A DNA stretch of 63,105 nt, filler included, from Folioceros fuciformis (lineage: Eukaryota), in assembly GCA_049999805.1 (NCBI GenBank). It is 15 parts of 15 records of this genome, joined end to end, with 100 filler letters (N's around TTAATTAATTAA, not from the genome) between each part and the next. Parts side by side here need not be neighbours in the genome. Positions count along the whole stretch, not along the records: positions 39,897 to 48,252 come from JBNGIO010002014.1; positions 48,353 to 54,293 come from JBNGIO010002015.1; positions 54,394 to 58,903 come from JBNGIO010002017.1; positions 59,004 to 63,105 come from JBNGIO010002018.1; 11 more parts are not named here. One strand, written 5' to 3'. The notes under the pieces were generated by a model. It saw nothing but the letters and a program-made list of their open reading frames with translations, was not told the DNA's origin and made no database searches. Position numbers and translations under genes: made by a program. Position 1 is the first letter of the stretch. Every line of letters starts with the position of its first letter. Shown piece by piece: positions 47,544 to 60,049 of the stretch.

Positions 47544-48447
47544 CCTTCAGAACCCGTGTGCAACAATCGAGGGCTCTGCAGAGTCTCAGACCATAGCCCT
47601 CGCAGCAGGAGAGCTTAATTTTTTATTCAAACAATTTCTCAAGCATGCATATCAAGAGTATGAATTTGGATGGGACATATGTGGATCAGTTAAGTTGTGG
47701 ATCACCTAAGGTCGCGCGCGGGTTACTTAAGTAATGCATGGGGCTTCATCAGTGGTCAGTTGCTTATTAAGTATTGACGGTAAAAGATATAAGGGTGGAT
47801 ACGTGAAGTTGTTGAGTTGTGTTACTTAGTGCAGGTTAGATATGCAGCTTCCATGCGTGGCCTGTGTGATTGAGCAGGCTTGCTTGCTTGGCTCAGGAAT
47901 GAGACAACGGTCGGGTCCGGTGGCATGATTTTTTGTTTCGAGTCGTGGGAGCTGGGCCGCAATGGAAGGGGGAAAGGAGGAGGAGGAGGAAGGAAAGCGA
48001 TGAGCATGGCGAGCGATGTCTTGTGCAGGGGGACCGGCAGGGATGCGGGACAGATGCTGGACCGGAGGTGATTCTGGAGGGACACCATGAGTTTGCGTGT
48101 GCTCAGTCGGCAACCTCCGCCTGCGTCGTCCGCAGGGGCTGCGCCTCCTGTTGGCGCGTTCCCTCCAGCCGCTGCCTTTGCTGCTGCTTCTGGAGCGGCG
48201 GTCTCCGGGAGTCCTACGGGATCGGCTTCAGCATCCTCGGCCTCGGCGTCGGNNNNNNNNNNNNNNNNNNNNNNNNNNNNNNNNNNNNNNNNNNNNTTAA
48301 TTAATTAANNNNNNNNNNNNNNNNNNNNNNNNNNNNNNNNNNNNNNNNNNNNCGCTTGTCCCAGCCTTCGTCCTCATTTCTCATATTTTCCACCTCGCTT
48401 TCCCGGCGCCCTCTCTCACGCAAATTCCGTTTGCTCCTCTCCTCCAG

Positions 48448-50872
48448 GCTCTACAAGAACAACTACATCTGGAATGACCTGTCCAGCGATGACGACCCCA
48501 TCCTGCCAGTGCCCACGGGTGAATGCATCATGAAGGGCTCTGAAATTTACGACGACGAAAGCGAAGGTATTGCCATCTCTTCAGCTTCGAACCAGATGGA
48601 TCGCATTTTTGCCATTTTCCCTTCTCACAGGCTCAGCAGCTTCCGGAAGCCTTTTTCGAGTCCGCCTCCAATACACCTACCTTGCCTTGCTTTTTGCTGA
48701 TGTAGATAAGCCTGAGGCCAGCAAGGAGCAGGTCAAGGACAAGCCAGCGACCTCCTATTCCAGGAAGAGCAAGGGAGAGGGGCCGAGGGGTACCTGCAGC
48801 GCTCCATCCAGCAGTGGGCCAGACTACCAGCTCCACCGCGGTCCGCACCCCCAGTCGAAATCCTCCCGCACCATGCTCCTAGTGAATGATCTCAGCAAGC
48901 TGGCCGCCAACAACTCCCTCAGCAACAGTCTCAACCAGCAAGTGATGAAAAGCCTGTCCTTGGCCAAGGAGGCGGACGAGTGCAGCATCAGCATCTCCAG
49001 CGAGCACCACTTGTCGGAGGATTCCAACTCTTCCGACTGCAAGGTGTACCAGAGGGCCAGGCTTCCTGCCCCAGCCGACAAGGCGGCCGATGCTGCAACC
49101 CAGACCGAGGCGCAGGACCTGGGCAGCAACGAGGATGACCTGCCGCCCCTCAAGTCCAGATCAATCTCCAGAATCGGGAGTCTGTCCCACCTGAACCAAT
49201 GCGGGACTGGTTGCAAGTCACCCCGGACTCCGCGCGCCGGCTCCAGCAGGGCCATCACTCCTCCTTGCACCCCTGAGGCGTCCGTCCAGGCTGGGCCGGG
49301 TCTCGTGGAGAAGAACATGCTTACCCGAATTCGGCTTGGGAGATCCGCTGGAGAGGAGGACGAGCAGTCTTCTGGGTCCATCACCGTCAGCTCCAACCGG
49401 TCCAGAGGCAAGCACCACTCCTTCCGTCAGATGCTTTGTGGGGTTGTGGATATCAGGTCGCAAGTCACCACTCTGTCCCCGGACCATCCTTCCTCAACTC
49501 CCCCTGTCACCCCGAGCTGGCTGTGGAGAAGCAAGTCCAAGTCCAGTACTAAGGCGGCGGCAGCAGCAGCAGCAATGGCCACTGAGCGTCTCAACTCAGA
49601 GCGGGTGGAGGAGGTCTCGACCCCGAAGGCTAGACAATTGTCTCCTCTTCAGACTCGGAGCCAGCTCCTGACAGCCGCTCCCTGCCCACCGGCTGAATTG
49701 AAGATTTCAGCGACTGTGGCCACGGAGACCGATATTCCAGCTTTACCCAGCATCAGGCTCGGGCGGGTTCAGTCCTGCCCATCCCCTACACCGTCGGTGT
49801 CTTCAGGTGGCGCGTGCACTTCGCCTGCAGGATCGTACTCTTCTTCTGCGGTGGAGAGTGGTTCATGCGAAGGCAGCAATTTCGGGGCGTCGGCGCAAAC
49901 CGCTTCAGCAACTCAGACCTCGTCCTCTGGAGAGATTAGCAGCACTCCCAGAGTGTCCTTCAGGTACGTCATTTCGTTGAAAACATTGGTAATTTCGAAG
50001 TGTCTGTTTGGGAGTGTGTTCGGTCGAGTCTGACGGGGAGTGTTCCATGTTTCCTGGCGGCAGTTCGAGGCTCTCCTTTGGTGGATCGGAAGGGGATTAT
50101 CTCGAGCTAGACTGCAAGCTTGGGTCTGAAGGAAAAGACGGTAACGCGGGCAAGGTTCTACCCCCAGGATTCCACAAGGGCCTCAATGATACCAAGTTGC
50201 GAGTCAGGACCACTCCCAAGGACGGAGTCAAGGACTTAAGCAGCCCGAGAGTCTCCAATGTCAGTCGTGCTGTGGCCAAGCAACTCTTGTCAACATCCAC
50301 TGGGGTCAAGTATGTGTCGGACAAGGCTTCCCCCAAGTCCACTTTGGAGTGGTGGCAGGACACGAGTTCTCCGAGACCTGAATCGAAGCCTCGACCAGAA
50401 AGGTAGGCGTCCAGCTTTTGCGTGTGCAATATGCCACTCTTGGGCCATCTGTGCTACAGAGCTGACTTTGCTCTTCCTCCGTGCAGGATTTACACTCCCG
50501 GACGGAGCAGTGTGGACTGTGTACGGCACAGTGTGGATTGGTCTCGAAGCAGCATCGATTGGTCCAGAAACAGCGTCGATGGGAGAACTCTTCAAGAAAG
50601 TGTAGACTCTCTGCTTCCATCTCAGGAGTTTAGGCAGCAGGACTGCCTGTGAGTGTCCGAACCCCTGATCCTCGTGTGAAACAAACTCTCTGCCATTTTG
50701 GTATCCCTTTTCCCATTCGTTTGTCCATTTTAACCGACACGCACCCCCTATGACTTGCAGACAATGTGGCAGAAGTTTCAAGCCAGAGTCTCTCAAAGCC
50801 CATATGAGAAGTTGCCACGTTCACAGAACAAAGGCGCTCAGTCCGAATATGGTGGTCCGGCGGAAGCAGTGA
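48448..50872 (+). CDS. SOK: SOSEKI family polarity protein (DUF966/DIX-like), 5'-truncated
   Basis: YKNNYIWNDL..DD.ILP...E..MKGSE, ADAATQTE, RQMLCG and spliced CLQCGRSFKPESLKAHMRSC (C2HC finger). Exons ~48448-48566, 48706-49963, 50064-50402, 50487-50648, 50761-50872. Confidence 0.85.
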
Positions 50873-51571
50873 TGGATGATCTAGCAGCATCTGGGTCATA
50901 CGAGAGTTTGAGTTGACGACAAGAAACGTTAAGGTAGTATTTCGCTACTGGTCACCAAGGGTGAGAAGGATGAGGAAAGGGCAGGAAAGAAACTGGCGAG
51001 GGAACGGGGCACTGGAAGTGACCAACGAGTGTGCCGACACTGATGTTTGAGAGATGTAATTACAGGTCTCGTAGCAGCTCCCAGATTTGTATGATAAGTC
51101 TTGGATGCATTTGCACTGGAATCTGTTGAGGCTGATCCTCCTCTTTAACAGAACAGACAATTTTGTATGAGCCAAGTACGCTACATCAGTTCCTGTAGTG
51201 TGGGTAATGATTGGACAAGTAGTGTTACAAATGAACCTTCATCTTTAGAACTGCCCTCAAACTGTCAGAACGTTGCTCTTCCTTGTGAGCGTTATGTACA
51301 GAGTATGGAAGTTGTAACCATCAGCATGCCCTTTGGGTTTCCTATTTGTCACAACAACGAACCTAATCCTTCAACTTGAAACGGTTATAAACATCGTTCT
51401 TGCTCATTCACTTTGTGAGCACTGAGAGTGCTACCGACCGACGTGTGATCCAAGGCGACCTCTATACAACACAGAAGCCTCTGTAAATAAACGTTGGAAG
51501 CGTCAGTCACAGCAACTCTTGCAAAAACAAATTCTTGCGAGTGCCAGTATTATCCCGTCAGCCCCCCTAGC

Positions 51572-52681
51572 TCACCACCGGCTGGTATTGCATGGGTGCA
51601 ATCCCTGGCAGGGCCTCCAAAAATCCTGAGGACTAGAAGGTCCCCCTATAACACAGCTCGCCTCTTGCAATAGCATCACAACTCCTTCTCGCTCCCATTC
51701 CACAAAATGATCCCCCTTGCCCTGATCCGATGTACAAGGGTTGGGATGAATGCTATCCATGGCTCGACACCCACAAGCACCTCGAAGAGTGGCTGCCATC
51801 ACGCTGTTGGAACGACCTACCAACTTAGGGTTTTCCGGCAGGGCGGTGAGGCCATACTTTGTAGCAAGGGAAGCAAGAGACCTACTTGAAAGGCTTGTGT
51901 TCCGCACATCGATGAGGAGCAAGTTCGGCAGAGCTAGCAATTTCACCACAGATTCCTTGGTAATTGTAGTGCCCTGCATTCTCAAATGCACCAGCTGGGA
52001 GGTGGGCCAACTAAGTAACAAGCTCTGCACATAATCCAAACCCGTGCTGGACGACGAAGCATCATCCTGTTCCACATTTCCCCCCTCTCTCACAGCAACG
52101 CCAACCTTGTCGCCTGCCCAATTGCGCAACCTCGCCCCGTAGGTGAGTGCGTCGATGAGCTGGTCCCCGGCACCTGTCCCGCTGACATTCAGAGCACGAA
52201 GCCTACGCATGGTTGCAATATGGTAAGCAGCCGCAGAATCCTTAATGCTCGCCACATCTTCCAGATTCAGACACTCCAGGTGCGGCAGGGCCTTGATGGA
52301 CACCAGACAATCCCCAGGGAGGAGCCGGCACCCTCGCAGATCCAGGCACCGTATCTGCGACAGACCCGGCAGGAAGTAAAGACTGTCCAGCCACACACAA
52401 TCGCTGAAATCCAAGCTCTCCAGTTCTCTTCCTGCCATATGCAGACAAAACAGCCCGGCACCATTCACCCGGGCCACATTAGCCAAGGAGATGCTCTTGG
52501 GAGACCAGAAAACCTGACAGAATAGTTGCAACTCCCCCACAATCCTCCTGTGCCTAGGCCGGTGCTCCACGATTTCTTGCAAAACCATCACCGCCAGCTC
52601 CAAAGGCAGGGCATGGAGCTGGCCAGCGTATGCAGGCAGATTGCGCGCTACCTCGAGCACGCACCGCCGCAGGAGCGCCAT
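51572..52681 (-). CDS. RNI-like leucine-rich-repeat protein, intronless, family unassigned
   Basis: LESLDFSDC, IRCLDLRGC, LECLNLED, LRALNVSGT and LVHLRMQGT repeats in one open frame. Confidence 0.7.
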   Translation of the reverse strand: MALLRRCVLEVARNLPAYAGQLHALPLELAVMVLQEIVEHRPRHRRIVGELQLFCQVFWSPKSISLANVARVNGAGLFCLHMAGRELESLDFSDCVWLDSLYFLPGLSQIRCLDLRGCRLLPGDCLVSIKALPHLECLNLEDVASIKDSAAAYHIATMRRLRALNVSGTGAGDQLIDALTYGARLRNWAGDKVGVAVREGGNVEQDDASSSSTGLDYVQSLLLSWPTSQLVHLRMQGTTITKESVVKLLALPNLLLIDVRNTSLSSRSLASLATKYGLTALPENPKLVGRSNSVMAATLRGACGCRAMDSIHPNPCTSDQGKGDHFVEWEREGVVMLLQEASCVIGGPSSPQDFWRPCQGLHPCNTSRW

Positions 52682-52819
52682 GGCATCCACGACCTCACGA
52701 CCACGTCCAACGCTTGAGACAGGACGCAGTACCCACCCTTGGTTGACTTGGTTGACACTACAGTAAATTCGCCGCGTTTACTCCCACATGCTTTCACTTT
52801 ATGCAATTCGCCGTGTTCA

Positions 52820-53616
52820 ATGGGACAGCTACAGGTACGCGGCTTCGTCCCTGCGAAGGGACGCGCGTGTATAGCAACTTGGCAAGCATTCTTGTAGGCG
52901 TAGAAGCGGGAGATGATCGAGTTCTTTTATTCGTTTTTCCAAAGGCTGGACTGCGCATCTGCTTCAACAACATTTGGCAGTCATGGCTTGGTGTTCGGAC
53001 AAGTGTGTAGGCGGTTGCTGCCTCTGTAGTCTTTTGGTTGTCGTTGGTGTCATTTTCCCTGTCCATCCTCTTAGCCATCTTCTTCCCTCGCACTGTCCGG
53101 GTGTCTTTAGCCGATATCAGCGTCGCCGAGCTCTCCATGGACAATAGTACAGGCTACCTCAAGCTGGACATGAACGTGACGGTGACGCTGCACAACCCCA
53201 ACGGCCTCGTCCGGGTGAGGTCCGGCTACATCAAAGTGAAGCTCGGTGGAGTGAATGGCGTCGGGCTCGGCGTGGCCTTCCTTGACGGGATCCAGCAGGG
53301 CCACCACAGCGTTGTATCTTACGTGGTTAGGGTTGTGAATCCGGGCGTACAGTTTTCGGGCACAGGCGCCCAGGCCGTGAGCCAGCAGCTCCAGGACAAC
53401 GTTTTGTGGATGAACGCCGAGCTGGCTGTCAGGAAATACCGATTGCAGAGAGAAGGCTGGATCAGCTGGCCACTAACCAAGACACTAGTCTGCGACTCCC
53501 TGACTGTGAACCCTCCCTCTGCACCTTGGGGCGGCCGGCTTCTTGGCCAGGCTTGCCGGAGAAGTTCAGACTACGAGGCCAGGCAGGACGTCCCGAATCT
53601 ATGGACTAGTGTTTGA
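52820..53616 (+). CDS. LEA_2 / NDR1-HIN1-like membrane protein
   Basis: Predicted exons 52820-52834 (MGQLQ) and 53011-53616, phase-0 GT-AG; TM helix ending FFPR, VTLHNPN motif, C-terminal Cys pair. Confidence 0.7.
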
Positions 53617-54448
53617 TCCTTTCAATGCTGCTGCTGATCGTGAGCAGGAATGCGACTGTAAACCAAATTGTTACATTTTATTCCCATTCAATTTACCACG
53701 CACGACTGCCGCTGTACGTTGTAGGTGTTAACGTTCGTAGTCATTTGCAACGGTAGAATATACTCCGGCAGCCCTAGGCACTTTGTGACATCCGCTCCCC
53801 GCCTCGAGCTGGGTTTGGTGGCGCCTGAGAGCGATTGCGCTAGGCAAGGCCGATCAGCAGCTGGATTTGCTTGTGGTCTGATGAGCACCAGTTGCCAGCA
53901 CATCTCTGCTTCTCTTGTTCCTGGGGAAGTTGTAGTTTTCGCGTTGTAAGAGTGCCGTCTCGGGGACAAATGTAATGACTACAGCCGCAGTCTTCTTGGT
54001 ACCGTCTGTACAGTGATGCAGCGTCCAGTTTTGGGTCGGGAAAATGCCCAATGTGACAGCAGGCGTGGCAGGATCTGTGAAATGCGGGGATGGGCAGGTT
54101 TGTCCTCACTGCAATAAGCCTCGGGCACCTCCGGGCGTCAGCCGACGGGGTGTAGCCCCTCGGCTGGTGAAGCCAAAGGAAGAGCCTGGTGAAGATTGGT
54201 TCCCGCTGCCGGTGGTATCAGTGAAGGATTTTGTGATTCCGACGGAAGAGTTTCAGCCTGAGCATGTCCACTCGGCCCCCCCTAGCATGGAGCNNNNNNN
54301 NNNNNNNNNNNNNNNNNNNNNNNNNNNNNNNNNNNNNTTAATTAATTAANNNNNNNNNNNNNNNNNNNNNNNNNNNNNNNNNNNNNNNNNNNNACGATGA
54401 GGTCGAGTGATGAAGATGTAAGCAGGGTTGTCGATGCTGAGGTCCGAA

Positions 54449-57400
54449 GCTCCCCCTCACGCCGAGCTGAGGGATTGGGCTCCAACGCCACCCAGATAAG
54501 CCTCTTTGCTGATCAGTCCAATGCCTCTCACGTGCTTCTCATGCAGCGCCTTGCTGAGTCCCTTCGTGAGAAGATCTGCAGTGTTATCTGTGGTGTTTAC
54601 ATACTGTAGCAGAACTTGCTTGTTGGCTACCACTTGTCGTATGAAGTGGTGTTGGATCTCCACGTGTTTCGTCCTCGCATGCAGGATAGGGTTGTGCGTC
54701 ATCGCTATGGCGGATTGGTTGTCGCACAGAAGCATAGTTGGCTCGTCCTGATGCTCGTTGACGTCCTGCAGGAATTGGCGGATCCAAAGTATTTCCTTTG
54801 CTGCAAGTGAAGTGGCTGCGTACTCTGCTTCGGTACTCGACAAGCAAACTGTCTGCATCTTCTTGCAGCTCCAGGAAACAGTCGAGCTATTGATCATGCA
54901 GTAGTAGGCTGCGGTCGACTTTCTGGCATCAGGATCACCTGCCCAATCAGCGTCGGAAAAGGATGTAAGCTGGAACTTGGGTAATGTGTTGCATCTGTAC
55001 AGAAGGCCTAGCGACTTGGTGCCCTTGAGGTATCGGAAAACTCGCTTGACGCAGGTCCAGTGTGCTCTCCCCGGATTGGACAAGTATCTTGATACAATGT
55101 TCACAGCTTGGCAGATGTCGGGCCTGGTCTAGATTGATAGGTAAAGCAAGCCGCCCATTGCCTCGCTGTAGGGGACTTGTTGCATTTCCTTTGTCTCTTC
55201 GGGCGTCCTTGGACAGTCCTCAGCTGATATCTTCTCACCTGCCGCTATGGGGGTAGACACGGGCTTCACGTCTTTTAGTTTGAATCTTTCTAGCAATTGT
55301 TCTACATAGTGTTGCTGATGGATGAAGTATGTGTTGTCTGTAGGGTTGTATTCAAACTGGACGCCTAGAGCATAACGCAAAGGACCGATATCTACGACTT
55401 CATATTCTCTGGACAGTAGGTCTTTGGCGAACTGTATGGAATCTAAGCTATCTCCGAAGATGAAATTGTCATCTACGTAAAGGGTGATGATGATGAACTT
55501 ACTTTTGTCTCTAAGGATGTACACGCTTGGATCTGAGGTGAGTGGTACAAACCCACAAGCCTTCAAGTACAGGTCTATGGTTTCGTTCCATACCTGAGCT
55601 GATTGCTTGAGGCCGTATAGGGACTTCAGCAGCTTGCATACCTTGTGTGAGTTTTTGATGAAGCCGGGTGGTTGCAGCATGTATATGTCTTCACTCAGGG
55701 TCCCGTATAGAAATGCTGTCTTGACGTCGACTTGATGGACTTGCAGGTGATGATATGCAGCGAAGGCAAGGAGGATTCTGATGGAGGTCGACTTTACCAC
55801 CGGGCTGAAGAGTCGGTTTTCTTCGTAGTCGAAGCCTGGGATCTGTGTGAAACCTCTGGCGACGAGCCTGGCCTTGTGCCTTGCTACTGTTCCATCTGGG
55901 TTGAGTTTGCGCCTGAACGTCCATTTGCATGAAATGGGCTTCCTTCCCTCTGGTAATTCTACCAACTTCCAGGTCTTGTTGCTTATGAGGGAGTCATATT
56001 CCGACTGAACTGCTGCTGTCCACTCTGGGGAGGCAAGTGCTTCAGTTATGGACAGGGGCACTCCTTGCATCTCTATAGCTGATAGTGCCTGATGTGCCGC
56101 ATCCTCCAGATGGTCGGTGTGGGGTTGGGTGACAGTTGGTGTCTCTTTGTCCGTATGCCCGATTAGGGTATCTCCTGGGGTATATGGTGGTTCCTTCCAT
56201 TCGCTTCGTGGGGGTCTGGTTCTGGTGGATCTCCTGAGGGTGTCTGAAGGAGGAGGCAAGATGGGATCTGAATGGTTTACCTGAGGTCTTGCTTCTGGGG
56301 GAATTACCTCTGCTATGTCAGGATCTGGGAGTGGCGTGAGAATGGGGAGATCTGGCTGGTTGTGTGCTGGAGGCTGCTGAGCTGGTTGCGGGACTAGGCC
56401 TAAGGGGTGCACTAAGGGAATTGCAGGTTGTGGGGTTACCTCTTGAGATTGAAGTAAAGTATCGTCGTATTATGTGGCCCCCTCAAGCTCAAGAGGGAAG
56501 TCGGTGATGGAATGACCGAAAATGCTGGGGGCAGGCAAAGGGTGGGGGTGCAGAGAGGATTGGAGAAGAGTGGTGAGCAGGTGGGTTTCATTGAAGTGCA
56601 CGCTTCGAGAATGGATTACTTCTCTGGAACGAGGATCGAAAAGCCGATAGGCGTTGACCTGGTTTGAGTATCCTATAAAAAGCAATTTGCGGCATCTGTC
56701 GTCCCACTTACTCCTGGTTTCTGCAGCAATGTGAGCGAAAGCTGGGCTACCAAAAATGCGGAGATGGGATACCCTGGGTTTATTGCCGCTCCATCTCTCG
56801 AAAGGAGTAGTGCTGGGGAGATCTTTCGTGGGAAGCCTCTTTTTCAGATAGTTTGAAGTTGACACAACCTCGGCCCAGTACCCTTTGGTCAGCCCAGCGA
56901 GTTTGAGGAGGGATCTCGAGATTTCAAGCAAAGAACGATTCATACGTTCGGCAAAGGGGTTCTGTGAGGGGGTATAAGGTACCGTATATTGTCTCTGAAT
57001 ACCTTTGGAGTGGCAGAATTCTTGGAAGGCATGGCTGATATACTCACCCCCGTTGTCCGTACGCAAGGTGATTACTTGGAAGCCAGTTTGTCGTTCTGCG
57101 CTACTAAGGAAATCTTGGAAGCATGAGAAAGCTTCATCTTTTCTCTTGAGGAAATACACGTGACAGTACCTACTCCACTCGTCCAGGAAAGTGATGAAGT
57201 AGCTGTGGCCTCCAAAGGATTCAGTGCTCATAGGTCCACATATGTCCGAGTGGATAGTTTCAAGCAATCGTCATGCTCGAGTGGGGGACTGGTCCTTGAA
57301 TGGCAGTTGGTTGAGCTTGGTGTATTGGCATACTTCGCAGAAAAAGTCTTTGTGCACGTTGAGTTTGACGGGGTCTCTGTACATGGTGGGATTGGCTAGC

Positions 57401-58899
57401 ATGTTCAGGTACCTAGGGTTCATATGACCTGCCCTACAGTGCCACAGCAGAGAATCATTCGGTGTGGTGGATGGCGTACTGTCAACTAGGAGGGATGTGG
57501 ACTGTATGTTGAGAAGGTACAGGTCGTTGAAAGGGAGACCATGAGCTAAGGCTACCTGACTGGGGTCCTGACTATGGCAGATCGTGTAGTGGTTTCCTTG
57601 GAAAGTTATGGTGAGATCATGTTCGGTTGCTAGCTTTCGTACTGACAGGAGGTTTTTGGTCATGGCAGGGACGTGGAGGACACCGTTTATGGTAAGGTAT
57701 TCACCAGTGGATAAACGAAGCTGGACTTGCCCTGATCCGTGAATAGAGAGGGCGCTGTCGTTTCCTAGGAGGACGTGTTGGTCTGAGAGGACAGTGTGGT
57801 ATGAAGTGAGCATGTCTCGACAACTGCAGATATGGGTTGTGGCCCCGGAATCTAAGAACCAGTGACTTGTGTCTGTACGGGTAAGTGTGAGGCAGACTGC
57901 TAAAATTGAGTTGGCTGGTGAAGGCTTAGCTGTTGTTGTGAGATGGGACTCGTTTCTGGGGGTTTCCCTTCGAGGTTTTCCTGCCAGTTTTTTTCTGCAT
58001 TCGCTCTCATAGTGGCCGAGGATTTTACACCAGTTGCAGGCTCCCTTGGTAGACCTCTTGTCAAACTGCTTGTTTTGAGAGAATTGTCGATTGGGAAATG
58101 TTGAAAAGCTTGCAGAGGGCTGGCCTCTTCCTCTTGGGAAAGCTCCTCGGCCGCCGCCGGTGCCTCCACGCCTATTGCCTCTTCCTCTCGACAAGAAGAG
58201 AGCGTGGGTTGTTCCTATGCTGGAACGTGAGGTGCCGATCCTGCTGGACTCCTCCTCTAGCAGGGCTGCTACAACGTCGGAGAACGTGTATGCTGGGGGT
58301 ACGTTTTCTCCTGTAGCTTGAATGGCCTGTCTTAGTGCGGCGTTCTGTGAACTAACAAAGTTCCTGTATGATTGAGGAAGAGATGTTAGAAGAGCGACTG
58401 CTGCCTGAAGCTCGTTGATTACGGTGCCGCTGCCGGAGAGCTTGGCTCGCAAGGACCTGAACACGTTGACATGCTGCTCGACGCTCTCGTTTTCCCTCAT
58501 CTTAAGGGAGTAGAATTGTCTTGTGGCGTTTATAAGAGACATCGAGCTTTGTGCCTGGAACATGTCTTTAAACGCTTTCCACACATCATGTGAGGTCGTC
58601 TGACCTTGGGTGTGCTGAAGCATTGTTTTGTCGATGGCAGATATCAGGATGTTACGAGCCCTCTTGTCCTTCTTGTTCCATGCGGCTATGTGGTCGGCAG
58701 TAGCTGGTGGATTAGAAGTGAGAGAAGGCTGTGGCGAGGTGCCGTCCGTGACTGACATCAGATCATGTTCCTCTAGCAGGGCTGTTATTCTCATTTGCCA
58801 GATATCGTAATCGCTTCCTGTGAAGCGATCGCGGTCTCTAAATTCTACTTTGGTGGTGTTAATCACCGTGGAGGTAGGATTATGGGCAGGATTGGCCAT
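54449..58899 (-). mobile_element. Near-complete Ty1/copia gag-pol with three in-frame stops
   Basis: Single frame 58899-54457: CNWCKILGHYESEC, WFLDSGA, LRTDNGGEY, KARLVARGF, YVDD, SDADWAGD; PPT-like GAGGGGGAG at the end. Confidence 0.96.
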
Positions 58900-59003
58900 G
58901 GCANNNNNNNNNNNNNNNNNNNNNNNNNNNNNNNNNNNNNNNNNNNNTTAATTAATTAANNNNNNNNNNNNNNNNNNNNNNNNNNNNNNNNNNNNNNNNN
59001 NNN

Positions 59004-59528
59004 TGAGGAGTTGAGCTGAAGTGAGGGGCTGGAGGGTGAAGTGAAGTGCTCAAGTGAAAGACTGAAGTGCTGAAGTGAAGGACTGAAATGCTGGGGTGAA
59101 GTGCTGAAGTGGTGGAATGAAGTGTTGAAGCTAGAGTGAGGAGCTAGCTGAAGTTGAGGTTCTCGTTCAGCTGCGGAGGTAGCTAGCACTAGGTGCTGAG
59201 AGTTGGAGGCCAGACTTGGGGCTGGAGCCTCCTCTCAGCACTGAAGTGATTGATACTTGGAGCTGGAAACGAGGGCTGAAGACAATGCTGGAGTTCTCAT
59301 TTTGTTGAGGCTAAGGTTGGTGTTGTGGTAGGAGCCGAAGACAGGACCGAGAATTCTGACCTATTGCTGTAGCACTTGGTATATGCTGATAGATAGGGTG
59401 AGATTAGGGAGATGTAGGTAACCTTGACATTAGTTCACTCCCTTGGGAGCGAATCATAAGACTTTAACGATAATAAGGGGAAGTGTGGCCCCTTAGTGGT
59501 TCTTGGGTGTGCAAGAAATCACTCCACA
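59004..59528 (+). mobile_element. 3' end of an LTR (ends ...CTCCACA)
   Basis: CCCTTGGGAGCGAATC...AACGA...AAGTGTGGCC...CCACA resembles the LTR ends at 12683 and 17797. Confidence 0.55.
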
Positions 59529-60049
59529 TTCCTCAACATCTAAACTTAGCCCTAGACGTCTCTGAACACTCATATATATTATATACATAGCATGCATTCA
59601 TGTATATATGGGGTGGCCAGCCCCTATTATTCTTGTCAACAGTGCACATGTATGCCTCCTCTTGAGTGCTTCCTCTCCATCATGCACACCAAGGCTACTA
59701 GTCATCCTGCCACTCTTTGGTGGTTTACTACACACGAGATCGAGGAAAGGAGTAGCTTATCTCTACTCCTCCTCCCTCGATGTGAGTACAGTGACCACAC
59801 TCATAATTCTTAGATGCCTCCCCTTGGATGATTCCTCTCCGTCGTGCACACCAAAGCTACTGGTCATCCTACCACTCGTTGGTGGTTTGTTATACACGAG
59901 ATCGACGAAAGGAATAGTTGTCCTCTACTCCTTCTCCCTCACTGTGACACCTTCACTTCCCCCCTTAATCTGCTGACCATCTTTCGTTAGTAAGACAGAT
60001 TAACAAACTTTTCATCAACATTCATATATGCTGAACATACTACCCCTCA

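Noticed and set aside
54457-58899. In-frame stops in copia gag-pol as read-through or U-to-C editing sites
   Set aside because: Nuclear transposon; the stops are at arbitrary positions and are explained by ordinary point-mutation decay.
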